Positions 38,075 to 50,034 of a DNA stretch of 64,000 bases are shown piece by piece. The notes beneath the pieces are model-generated. The model ran no database searches, had not been told where the DNA came from, and was given only the letters and a program-made list of their open reading frames with translations. The stretch is taken from the NCBI GenBank assembly GCA_951406725.2, contig OX597840.1, positions 29,450,001 to 29,514,000 on the forward strand, in the 5' to 3' direction. The DNA is from Octopus vulgaris (lineage: Eukaryota). Numbering within the stretch: position 1 is the stretch's first letter; each line of letters begins with the position of its first letter. The position numbers and the translations under genes are program-made.

Positions 38075-38486
38075 TTCTCTCTCTTACTTGTTTCAGTCAT
38101 TTGACTGCGGCCATGCTGGAGCACCGCCTTTAGTCGAGCAAATCGACCCCGGGACTTATTCTTTTGTAAGCCCAGTACTTATTCTATCGGTCTCTTTTGC
38201 CGAACTGCTAAGTGACGGAGGCGTAGACACACCAGCATTGGTTGTCAAGCAATGCTAGGGGGACAAACACAGACACACAAACAGATACACACACATACAT
38301 ATATATATATATATACATATATACGACAGGCTTCTTTCAGTTTCCGTCTACCAAATCCACTCACAAGGCATTGGTCAGCCTGGGGCTATAGCAGAAGACA
38401 ATTGCCCAAGGTACCATGCAGTGAGACTGAACCCGGAACAATGTGGTTGGTAAGCAAGCTACTTACCACACAGCCACTCCTGTGCC
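38075..38486 (-). mobile_element. SINE family A
   Basis: Same body as 1471-1931. Confidence 0.85.
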
Positions 38487-39019
38487 TTTGTGGCATTTCA
38501 TCTGAGTTCAAATGCAGCTGATGTTGACTTTACCTTTCACTCTCTTGGGGTCATTAAAATAAATACCAGTTGAGCACTGGGGTCAATATAATCGATTTAC
38601 CACCTCTAGTGAAATTGCTGGCTTTGTGCCAAAGCAAGAAAGGATTATAATGATATAGTTATACATTTTTATGTCTGTATTTTCTATGCATGTGTAACTA
38701 TCATTTACATTATTGCTATCAAAGTGTTTATGACAATGTAGAAATATACATACTGAGATCATCTCACAATTATATATACATAGCTTCTTATGATCATGAC
38801 TGTATTAGTAATCAATAAATTTCAATACTTCAAAGTATAAAGACTGATAACATTATATGTCAAAGTAGATGGAACTCTGTAAGTGAAAGGAATTTAACCC
38901 ATATTGACTAAGAAACACTTCTGATATCTTAAGCACATATATTCCAAATGTATTATCATACTATTCCATATTTGTTACGTTCATAGGTACAATATTGTTA
39001 TGGTGTTATACTTTAATGT

Positions 39020-39335
39020 GGAGGCACAATGGCCCAGTAGTTAGGGCAGCGGACGCACGGTCGGAGGATTGCAGTTTCGATTCCCAGACTGGGTGTTGTG
39101 CATGTTTATTGAGCGAAAACACCTAAAAGCTCCACAAGGCTCTGGCAGGGGGTTGTGGCGACCCCTGTTGTACTCATTTGCCACAACTTTCTCTCACTCT
39201 TTCTTCCTGTTTCTTGAGTAATGCTGTGATGGACTGGCATCCTGTCCTGCTGGAGGGAACACATACGCCACAGAAGCCGGGAAACCGGGCCCATGAGCCT
39301 GGGTAGGCTTGAAAAAGGCGAAAAAGAAGAAGAAA
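39020..39335 (+). mobile_element. SINE family B, full length
   Basis: ggaggcacaatggcccagtagttagggc...tttcgattccc (tRNA A/B boxes), tail gatggactggcatcc...gggcccatgagcc; minus-strand copy at 62065-62360. Confidence 0.8.
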
Positions 39336-39681
39336 GTTATACTTTAATACGAGCTGTACATTTTTATGATTCATATATTTTGTCCAACCTATGCCTGCTA
39401 TCCAACTCATGCAAGCAGTCGAACCCATGACACCGTTGAATATGGACATTGTATGAAGATGATAATATTATATAAGCAGCTATAATTGCCTTTTAAATTG
39501 TTTCTATTAAACTGTTTATGATACTTAATACTGGAATTCAGTCACAAAGATCAGCTCACAACTATAAATACACAGCTTGTTAGGGTTGCAACTAGATCAA
39601 TAATCAATACATTTCACTGATCAGAACTATAAAGAAGTATAACATTATAAGTAAAAAAAGACCATGCCATCTTAGTATATA

Positions 39682-40465
39682 TTTCTTTATTGCCCACAAG
39701 GGGCTAAATCTAGAGGGGACAAACAAGGACAGACAAACGGATTAAGTCGATTACATTGACCCCAGTGCGTAACTGATACTTTTTTTATCAACCCCTGAAA
39801 GGATGAAAGGCAAAGTTGACCTCGGCGGAATTTGGACTCACACCGTAATGGCAGATGAAATACCTATTTCTTTACTACCCACAAGGGGCTAAACACAGAG
39901 AGGGCAAACAAGGACAGACAAACGGATTAAGTCGATTACATCGACCTCAGTGCGTAACTGGTACTTTATTTATCGACCCCAAAAAGATGAAAGGCAAAGT
40001 TGACCTTGGCGGAATTTGAGCTCAGAACGTAACGGCAGACGAAATACCTGTTTCTTTACTACCCACAAGAGGCTAAACACAGAGAGAACAAACAAGCACA
40101 GACAAATGGATTAAGTCATTTACATCGACCCCAGTGCATAACTGGTACTTATTTAATCGACCCCGAAAGGATGAAAGACAAAGTCGACCTCGGCGGAATT
40201 TGAACTCAGAACAGATCGGCAGATGAAATATCTATTTCTTTACTACCCACAAGGGGCTAAACACAGAGAGAACAAACAAGGAGAGACAAACGGATTAAGC
40301 CGATTACATCGACCCCAGTGCGTAATTGGTACTTTATTTATCGACCCCAAAAGGATGAAAGGCAAATCGACCTCAGTGGAATTTGAACTCAGAACGTAAC
40401 GGCAGACGAAATACCGCTAAGCATTTCACCCGGCGACCAAACATTTCTGCCAGCTCGCGCTGCCT
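39682..40465 (-). mobile_element. SINE family D with four tandem ~183 bp units
   Basis: Unit atttcttta.t.cccacaaggggctaaa...ggcaga.gaaata repeated four times. Confidence 0.85.
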
Positions 40466-40999
40466 TTGTATAACCATTTTAGTATAACTTTGTATGCCAT
40501 CTTAGTATAACTAGAAGAAATTTAACCTCCAGTGATTAACAGATATTTCTGATATAATTAGTTTACATATTCCAAATATATTGCTATTGTATTCCATAGT
40601 TGCACAGTTCCTAAGTACAATAATTTTATGATGCTGTATTTTTTTATATGACTCTTCTATTCTATAAGCAGCTATAACTGTCTCTTACGTTATTTCTACT
40701 AAATTGTTTATGCCACTTAATGTAGGGAAATTGGCTTAAAATTGTTATTTTATTCCATATTTGTTAAGATTCTATGTACAATGTTATTATGGCATGCTTA
40801 TATTTAAATATGATTCTTTGTTCAACCGAAACCAGAAGTCCAGTTCATAGCAGCATGGGACATAGACATTAAATGAGGATTATCATGTTTTGTGTGCAAC
40901 TGTAATTGCTCTTTAAATTATTTCTATTAAATTATTTATCGTACTCAATAGAGAAATCCAATATAGAGATGAGCTCACAAATACACACACATGTACATA

Positions 41000-41046
<47 letters not shown>

Positions 41047-41318
41047 ATAATATTATGAGAGGATATTATTCCAAACTTATAGGGAAAAATTCAATTTAGA
41101 AATACTAAATAAAATTTCACAAAATATAATATATATATATCTATAAATTAGAAAAACAACCACCTTTTATCAATTCAATAATGAAAAATTATATTATACC
41201 ATTTAGAAAAATTATATATTATAGAAATATAAATATAAGATATATATATATATAGAAAGACATATATAAGATATATATATATGGAAAGACATATATATAT
41301 ATATATATATATATATAG

Positions 41319-42222
41319 TAAGCAATTAAGGGTTTAGCAACGAATTGCCTCGCCATACACTGAATTTAGAAATAGCAGTCAAAGAGATATAGCTATTCCT
41401 TCTACTAAAAGGGAGATCTCAGTAAAAACACAGCACTTGAAAGGCAAACACAGACAGGTAAGAAAGAATGAGATGACGGCAATCTATCATACAATTCTAA
41501 GTTACCTACGGACGTACGTTTCGAAATCAAGTTTTAGGAAAGCATAAGAATTAGAAAATTCTACCTTACCCAAACTTCTTTTCTCATCGGCGTAGGATAC
41601 TACAATTATGAATAATTGTATATTAAATTTTGAGATACTAGAAGGCATTATCTCAACTCAGTGTCAGAGCGAGCCAAAGCATTACCAGTACCACGAAATT
41701 CAAAGTGTGAATGAAAGTTTGTGTCACCAGCCCCCTTCCACCCGCGTGTGGTCATTTACTGGGTAAATGACCACAGCATCTTGTCTTGGCTACACGCGGG
41801 TGGAAGGGGGCTGGTGACACAAACTTTCATTCACACTTTGAATTTAGTGGTACTGGTAATGCTTTGGCTCGCTCTGACACTGAGTTGAGATAATGCCTTC
41901 TAGTATCTCAAAATTTAATATACAATTATTCATAATTGTAGTATCCTACGCCGATGAGAAAAGAAGTTTGGGTAAGGTAGAATTTTCTAATTCTTATGCT
42001 TTCCTAAAACTTGATTTCGAAACGTACGTCCGTAGGTAACTTAAAATTGTATGATAGATTGCCGTCATCTCATTCTTTCTTACCTGTCTGTGTTTGCCTT
42101 TCAAGTGCTGTGTTTTTACTGAGATCTCCCTTTTAGTAGAAGGAATAGCTATATCTCTTTGACTGCTATTTCTAAATTCGGTGTGTGGCGAGGCAATTCG
42201 TTGCTAAACCCTTAATTGCTTA
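41319..42222. repeat. Near-perfect ~900 bp palindrome (431 bp arms, 42 bp spacer) between (TA)n tracts
   Basis: 41319-41749 is the reverse complement of 41792-42222 with only a few differences. Confidence 0.95.
41945..42036 (+). ncRNA. Minimal type I hammerhead ribozyme (mirror copy at 41505-41596, minus strand)
   Basis: CCTACG-CCGATGA-GAAA..TTTC-GAAAC-GTAC-GTC-CGTAGG: 6 bp stem I, palindromic stem III ACGTACGT, GUC site. Confidence 0.8.
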
Positions 42223-42321
42223 GTATTACTTAAATTTTCCTCGAATGAGGCTTTTACATGCCGAAATCTACTTGGTGTAATTAATAATTATTCCAAATTA
42301 ATTAATTTCACCCTTTATTGT

Positions 42322-42375
<54 letters not shown>

Positions 42376-42377
42376 GT

Positions 42378-43335
42378 CATCATCATCGTTTAATGTCCGC
42401 TTCCCATGCTGGCATGGGTTGAACGATTTGACTGAAGACTGGCGAAGCAGATGGCTGAACTAGGTTCCAATATCTGATCTGGCAGTTTCTACAGCTAGAA
42501 GCCCTTCCTAATGTCAACAACTCTGAGAGTGGGTGCTTTTACATGCCACCAGCACGTGGGCCAGTCAGGCAGTACTGGCAACGGCCACGCTCAAATGCTG
42601 TTTTTTATGTGTTTCCTGCACAGGAGACAGTCCAGCGACACTGGCAATGACCTCACACAAATATTTTTCATGTTCCACCAGCACAAGTGCCAGGAAGGTG
42701 ATGCAGGTAATGATCATGCTCGAATGGTGCTTTTTACATGCCCCTGGTATGGAAGCCAGTCAGCTGCTCTGGCAACGATCAGGCTCGGATGGTGTTCTTA
42801 GCACTCCACTAGCACGGATGCCAGTCATTGAATTTGATTTCGATTTCGATTTCACTTGCCTCAACAGGTCTTCACAAGCAGAGTTTAGTGTCCAATGAAG
42901 AAAAGGTATGCATAAGTGGCCTGGTTACACCCCTGGCATAGGCCATGGGTTATGGTCTCACTTGGCTTGCCGAGTCTTCTCAAGCACAGCATATTTCCAA
43001 AGGTCTTGATCACTAGTCATTGCCTCGATGAGGCCTAATGTTCGAAGGTCGTGCTTCACCACTTCAGCCCAGATCTTCCTGGGTCTATCTCTTCCACAAG
43101 TTCACTCAGCTGCTAGGGTGTGGCACTTTTTCACACAGCTATCCTCATCCATTCTCACCACATGACCATACCAGCACAGTCGTCTCTCTTGCACACCACA
43201 ACTGATCCTTCTTAGGTCCAACTTTTCTCTCAAGGTACTTACACTCTGTCGAGTATGCACACTGATATTACACATCCAGCGGAGCATGCTGGCTTCATTT
43301 CTTGCAAGCTTACACATGTCTTCAGCAGTCATGGC
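42378..43335 (-). mobile_element. RTE LINE 3' portion (ORF C-terminus, 3' UTR, (GAT)n tail)
   Basis: MTAEDMCKLARNEASMLRWMCNISV..LREKLDLRRISCGVQERRLCWYGHVVRMDED..GRDRPRKIW. Confidence 0.85.
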
Positions 43336-43361
43336 CCATATATATATATATATATATATAC

Positions 43362-43716
43362 TCTTTTACTCTTTTACTTGTTTCAGTCATTTGACTGCGG
43401 CCATGCTGGAGCACAGCCTTTAGTCAAGCAAATCGACCCCGGGACTTATTCTTTGTAAGCCCAGTACTTATTCTATCGGTCTCTTTTGCCAACGTAAACA
43501 CACCAGCATCGGTTGTCAAGCAATGCTAGAGGAACAAACACAGACACACAAACATATATATATATATACATATATACGACAGGCTTCTTTCAGTTTCTGT
43601 CTACCAAATCCACTCTATAGCAGAAGACACTTGCCCAAGATGCCACGCAGTGGGACTGAACCCGGAACCATGTGGTTGGTTAGCAAGCTACTTACCACAC
43701 AGCCACTCCTGTGCCT
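43362..43716 (-). mobile_element. SINE family A with internal deletions
   Basis: Head and tail motifs as above. Confidence 0.8.
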
Positions 43717-43729
43717 ATATATATATATA

Positions 43730-44112
43730 AGAGCACTCCGTCGGTTGCGACGATGAGGGTCCCAGCTGATATGATCAACGGAACAGCCTGCTTGTGTAAT
43801 TAACGTGTAAGTGGCTGAGCACTCCACAGACACGTGTACCCTTAACGTAGTTCTCGAGAAGATTCAGCGTGACACACAGAATGTGACAAGGCTGGCCCTT
43901 TGAAATACAGGTACAAGAGAAACAGGAAGAAAGAGCGAGAGAAAGTTGTGGTGAAAGAGTACAGCAAGGTTCACCACCATCCCCTGCCAGAGCTTTGTGG
44001 AGCTTTAGTTGTTTTCGCTCAATAAACACTCACAATGCCCGGTCTGGGAATCGAAACCGCGATCCTCCGACCGCGAGTCCGCTGCCCTAACCACTGGGCC
44101 ATTGCGCCTCCA
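43730..44112 (-). mobile_element. SINE family B with the 3' module also seen at 24265-24620
   Basis: gggaatcgaaaccgcgatcctccgaccgcgagtccgctgccctaaccactgggccattgcgcctcc is a tRNA-like head on minus. Confidence 0.85.
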
Positions 44113-45789
44113 CATATATATATATATTATTAAGAAATATAGCATTATAATTTAAAGCTAATGGAACCATGGTACTGGAAAGAATTTAAACTCTTGTGAT
44201 GAATAGGCATTTCTGATATCTCAAGCATATATATTCCAAATATATTGTCATTGTATTCCATATTTGTGAAGTTCCTTTGTACAATATCATAATGGTGTGT
44301 TTATATTTTGTTTATATTTTAATATGATTTTAATATTTTCTCCTTCCCATGCCATTGTGCAATCCATGCCAGCATAGAGCATGGACATTAAATGCAGGAG
44401 ATATTTTGTATGCATCTGTAACTGTCTTTTAAATTAATTCTGCTAAATTGTTTATAACACTTAAGCATAAAATCCAGATGCAAAGATCACAAATATATAT
44501 ATATATTGCCTCTTATGGCTACAACTGTATCAGAAGTCAGTAAATTTCAATACACCAAAATATAAAGAACTATAAAATTATAAATCAAAGGAGATTGAAT
44601 AACATCAGGTAGGAATTTAAACCTCAGAGACTAACAGACACTTCTGATATCTTATACATATACATTCTAAATACATTATTATAGTATTCCATATCTATTA
44701 AGATTCTAAGTGCAATGTTATTATTATCGCATGCTTACACATTTTATGACTAAATTTTCTATGCAGCCGTAACTGTCTTTTACATTATGTCTATTAAATT
44801 GTTATGGTACTCAATGTAGAAATCTAGATACAGAGATCAGCTCACAAATATACATATATTACCTCTTATGGCTACAAGTGTATTAGTAATTAGTAAATTT
44901 CAACACCCCAAGGTGTAAAGAAATGAATGATTTTAGTCGAAACAGATCAAACAATATAGCTGGAAGGAATTTAAATTTCAGTGACTAACAGACATTTCTG
45001 ATATCTTAAGCTTATATATTCCAAATACGTTCTGCTTTTACAGGTGCCAGTCATTTGACTGCAGCCATCCTGAGTCGCTAGAACATCAGATAAGACTCTG
45101 TCATACATATATGTATAAATATTTTTACTTTTTTATATATCTATTTTATTTTATTTATATTTAAATCTTATTTTATTGATTTTTTAAAATTACATATCTT
45201 TTACATTTTTTTATTTTTATTTTTATTTTATCTTTTTTATGTATGTATAAGCTGCTCTGTGTCAGATGCCAGAATGATATTTAGTCCCTCTATGGAGCGT
45301 TTGGGTGTTGGTTTGGTGTCTGGCACAGGATAGCTTACCTCATGGGCAAGTTTGTTTATTGTTTGTTCCTTCTCGAGCCATGCCTGGCTCATAAGGGCCA
45401 GTTTCTCAGTTTCCTTGGCATATAGATTCTTCACCTGGACAGGACGCCAGTCCGTCGCAGGTGAGCTGCAAGATGCAGGAGGAAAAAGTGAGAGAAAGTT
45501 GTGGCGAAAGAGTCAGCAGAAGTTTGCCATTACTTTCTGCCAGAGCCGCGTGTTTCACACCTCGACCATGAGACCACTGCTCTAACCACTAGGCCATATG
45601 ACTCCACTCATGGGCAGGTAGATGCTCTTTAACCTTGGTTGGTAATCTACCCAGGGGAAGGAAATCACCAATATAAAACCTGAGGCCTTGGAAGTTCCCA
45701 GTTTTGTCAATTTTCATGTCACACTGGTGAAAGTATTCTTGGTCCAATAGGTGGGGGTAGGGCAATACAAGCTACACCCAGTGAAAATT

Positions 45790-46526
45790 ATTCATCTGTG
45801 CAGGTACTTCCTGTACACCAAATCAGAGTAAAATCATTGAATTGGTTGGCAGAAATCTAAAAATGCACTTGCAGCTTATTCTGAAATGTCTCAAACAGAT
45901 TCAGTAAATGGGAAAAACGAACCATATCATGCTATATAAAACTGATAAAAGATGGGTTTCTTAACGTTGGCAGTATTTATGCACCAACAATGTGCTGTTC
46001 TGATGAAACTGTAGGACAGTTTTATGATGATCTAGCACAATTATCGAAGAAAGTACCAAGTTCTGACAAACTGGTCATATTGGGAGATTTCAAGGCAAGA
46101 GTTGGAAAGGGCTATGTTTCAGGGCCTGTTTTGGGCTGAAATGGGATTGGAAAATGTAATAAAAATGGAGTAGATCTTTTGATGTTTTGTACTGAAAATA
46201 ATCTGGTTGTTACTAACACTTTGTTTAAGCAGAAAACAGCTGCAGGAGAAATACCTAGCCAAAGATAAACATCTGTGCCTGGCTTTTATTGACATGGAGA
46301 AAGTCTTTGACAGGGTCCCCCAATCCCTTATCCCAAACTGCATATCATCTAGACTGACTCTCTCTCTAATTAGTTGGGCTGTGTCCCTCTCCATGACTTT
46401 CATTACCTGATCCAATAACTTGATACCTCTGTAATTATTCACATCTAATGCATCACCTTTACCTTTGTAGCAGTTGGCTATGGTTCTGTTACACCAGTCA
46501 TTGGTTATGACTCCTTCATGTATCAC
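45790..46526. mobile_element. Scrambled LINE (RTE-like) APE and RT fragments in both orientations
   Basis: Plus: IYAPT..FYDDL..LVILGDFKARVG..NLVVTNTLFKQK and LCLAFIDMEKVFDRVP; minus: YKGKGDALDVNNYRGIKLLDQVMKVMER..QFG. Confidence 0.8.
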
Positions 46527-46539
46527 CTGATTGACTGTA

Positions 46540-46900
46540 CAGGTGAAACTGATGTACTATTTGATCTTCATCGATAAAATGAATGACTGCTAAGAGTTGC
46601 ACCTTTTTGGTGATGTCTGTTGACTCATTAACTTGCAATGCAAAAGGTGAGTACTTAAGTTTATCACTATATACATTTTTCTCGATATCAGAAGATGTTT
46701 CTAAACTACACCTGTGAACTTTATCGTTGGACAGTGGAATCTTGCTTAATTCTTTTGCTGCTTCATTCCCAAGCATTGCCAAGTATACCTTTTTGCATTC
46801 AAGCAAAATGAATGACTCGCCTACAGTATAAGCTTTCATATTTTGTGTTATCAGTTCTGAGACTTGGTGGGAAGCGATTTGAGCTTTCTCAGAGACAATC
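46540..46900 (-). mobile_element. hAT (Buster/Charlie, ZBED5/8-like) transposase fragment
   Basis: AYTVGESFILLECK..KIPLSNDKVHR..FALQVNESTDITKKVQLLAVIHF. Confidence 0.8.
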
Positions 46901-46904
46901 ATTT

Positions 46905-47135
46905 TATTGGGTTGTCCGGAAAGTTCATGCCGATTTATAGTAGCTTACCTTTTGACTTATTTTAGAACATTGCTGAGTCCATAAAATAGGATTTGACTAC
47001 ACCATCATTTAGAGCACAATTTAAGCTATCTTTTCGTGGAAGAAAGTTTATGTTCCTATAACCTGTGTTAATTCTGTAACCCTTTAAAATGGGAGATAAG
47101 AAAGTTCATTTTCGGCACTTGATGCTTTGGGAACC
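46905..47135 (+). mobile_element. Mariner 5' end fragment
   Basis: tattgggttgtccggaaagtt TIR-like start; MGDKKVHFRHLMLWE. Confidence 0.55.
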
Positions 47136-47574
47136 AGACAAAAATTGCACGTCTGTGTCTGTGTTTGTCCTCCGTTTGGCAACTGGTGTTGATGTGTTTA
47201 CATCCCATGGTTTAGCAGCTCAGCAAAAAGAAACTGACAGAATAAATACCAGGCTTTAATAAAAAGCAGAAAAGGCAAGTACCAGGATTGATTCGTTTGG
47301 CTAAAATCCTTCAACGTGGTGATCCAGCATGACTGAAACTAACAAAGGATATAAACAGAAAAGAAAGAAAACAACCAAATACTGTCGTACAAAACATTTC
47401 AAAACTGTGTCAAAGCACAAAGAATTTGCAGTCCAAGAAACCCCTAAAACCAAATTCCGTTTTGAAAATATCAAAGAATAGCAAAATGAGGAAAAAATGT
47501 GTAATGAATAAAAAAATATCGTTGAATCTATTCAGCAGTTAATCTTAAGTTGTCTTCCAGGATGTATATCAATA

Positions 47575-47643
47575 TTCTTTTCTTTTTATTCTTTTACTTG
47601 TTTCAGTCACTTTGACTGCGGCCATGCTGGAGCACCGCCTTTA
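47575..47643 (-). mobile_element. Family A SINE/LINE 3' tail fused to U6
   Basis: Minus taaaggcggtgctccagcatggccgcagtcaaagtgactgaaacaagtaaaagaataaaaagaaaaag. Confidence 0.85.
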
Positions 47644-47644
47644 T

Positions 47645-47697
47645 AAAAAAAATATGGAACACTTCACGAATTTGTGTGTCATCCTTGCGCAGAGGCC

Positions 47698-47737
<40 letters not shown>

Positions 47738-47747
47738 ATTGCCGAAG
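47645..47747 (-). pseudogene. U6: U6 spliceosomal snRNA retrocopy
   Basis: Minus cttcggcaatacatatactaaaattggaacgatACAGAGAagattagcatggcctctgcgcaaggatgacacacaaattcgtgaagtgttccatatttttttt; a few substitutions and a disrupted 5' stem-loop. Confidence 0.93.
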
Positions 47748-49533
47748 TATATGTATTAAATATATAACATTAATCTGTTTATTACGAGATTAATCCATTT
47801 CCTTTATCTCAGAATCTTTGATTTTATCCCAAATTCATGCTGAAAGATGAAAATCAAAATTTCTTTAGTAACACAAATATCTCTTGAAAGGTTGCTGAAT
47901 AAATATAGATCTTATTTTGTTGCTTTTATGTGAAAGCAGATGATGGCTCAAAGAGATTCTAGATCAGAAATTTCAATTCTTGTAAAGCGAAAAGATGGGT
48001 TTTGGAGATTCTTAGAAGACTCTTTAATGATTCTCTGAAAATTGCCTTCAAGACATTTGGTTTCTCTCTTGTATTTGGTATCTCACTTTCGTAAAAGTTA
48101 TTTAGATTATAAACTAGTTTGCTTCCCTCCTCAGCTCATGCCAGTATTGTATATACATATGTATGGCTGCGTATTTATATAAATGTATGTATAGAGAGAT
48201 GGATGGATGTATATATCATCATCATCATCATCATTGTCATTGTTTAATGTCCATTTTCCATGCTGGCATGGGTTGGACGGTTTAACCAGAGCTGATAAGG
48301 CTAAGAACAACACAAGACTCCATGTCTGTTTTAGCATTATTTCTATGCCTGAATGCCCTTCCTAATGCCGACCACTCCGCAGAGTGTACAGGGTGATTTT
48401 TATGTGGCATCAACACCAGTGCTTTTAACATGACACCAGCACATATGCTTTTTATGTGGCACCTCAATGAGTGCTTTTCATGTGGTACTGGCTCCAGCAT
48501 CAATTCCGCTGAGGTGGACAGGTTTTCTTCAGTATATCAAGGCACCAGGTATCACAATCCTTTGCCATCACCTTCATAAGGGTCAGTGTCTTAAGATCTG
48601 CTTCTATTTTACATTTTTGATGACACAAGTTCGCTAGTACACACATGCACACACACACATATATATATACTTCGAAACAGCTGTAAGACCTATCTATAAA
48701 TGCTCTAATATCTACACAGTCTTGGTTTTTTTATCTTATTATGCAAAATATCCTTATATATATATATATAAATATATATATATATTCATTACCTATTCAT
48801 ATAAGCAAACTAGATATTAAACTGACATTTACCATCGAAGCCCAGCCATCTGTTTACATAGGGCCAACTTAATTAAAAATCCCTTCCATGGAAGTATTTG
48901 AGTGCCCTTCTGTAGTAGTATAAACCTCTTAGGGCCACTTCCTGCCCACTGTTAAGCAGCTGGTGTTCAGCTGTGAAAATATGGAATGTTTCTCCTATGC
49001 ATAAATTGCATCTTGCCCCACCACCCCAATTACATAAGGTTCAGCTAAGCCTATTATTTCCCATTCTATATTAATGTTAGTGTTTCTATATTTAAGGACC
49101 AGATAAACACAAGCCCATACCATGCATTTTCTCTGTATTCCTCTCTAATGCTAGCTAAACCTACATACAATCAGTTTGCTTGAGACCACAGCAGTGGATG
49201 GACTTCGAATAAAGTTACAGTTGAAAGGAACAGGATGCAAATATAATTGCTAATTTTCTATGCAGCAATGTGCATCAGACAAATTTGAATCAAATATGCT
49301 GTATTAATTAACTGTAGAAATAATATGCATATGTACTAATTTCTGTATTCATTGTAATTGTCTTGGACATACAATTGGTAGAATATTCATAATCCAATGA
49401 AGTGAATCAGGATTTACCCATCAAATGCTCATACCATGCATTTTCTGTCTATCTCTAGGAGCTCCTTACAACCCGATGTGGTTAGCCTGAACCTGGATTA
49501 TAAAGGGGTACTCATATAGTGTCTGCCTGGATA

Positions 49534-49953
49534 ATCGTGACATACATTTGCCATTTAAATATGGCTAACCCCTAAGGGTGGATGCTACTGTAGTTTGTAG
49601 CCCAGGAGGACACCTCCTCCAGCTGGCTATAGACACACTTTCTGTGCCCTATCACTTTTTCGATATCAGTGTCTATCAATACTGGAAAAAGGTTTAAGTG
49701 TTTGCTAAGGGAACCTACTTTTCATCGACAACTGTGATTGTCACACGCCGATGAAGGGTCAATACCCAGAAACTCGAATCCGTGTGTATCATAAGTTGGA
49801 GACGGGAAGGATGGCTTCCCTTTGCAAATACTGATAGGGCACAGAAAGTGTGTCTATAGCCAGCTGGAGGAGGAGTCCTCCTGGGGCTACAAACTACAGT
49901 AGCATCCACCCTTAGGGGTTAGCCATATTTAAATGGCAAATGTATGTCACGAT
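49534..49953. repeat. Inverted repeat (~121 bp arms) enclosing a hammerhead motif
   Basis: 49534-49654 is the reverse complement of 49832-49953. Confidence 0.9.
49742..49786 (+). ncRNA. Minimal type I hammerhead ribozyme, stem III mutated
   Basis: CACACG-CCGATGA-AGGGT-CAAT-ACCCA-GAAAC-TCGA-ATC-CGTGTG; ATC replaces the expected GTC. Confidence 0.7.
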
Positions 49954-49997
49954 GTGTTGTAGCTACTGTTTATAACTCGCTCTGAGATTTATTATTG

Positions 49998-50034
<37 letters not shown>

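Noticed and set aside
47645-47747. Functional U6 gene
   Set aside because: 5' stem-loop disrupted, substitutions in conserved positions, fused to a retroelement tail.
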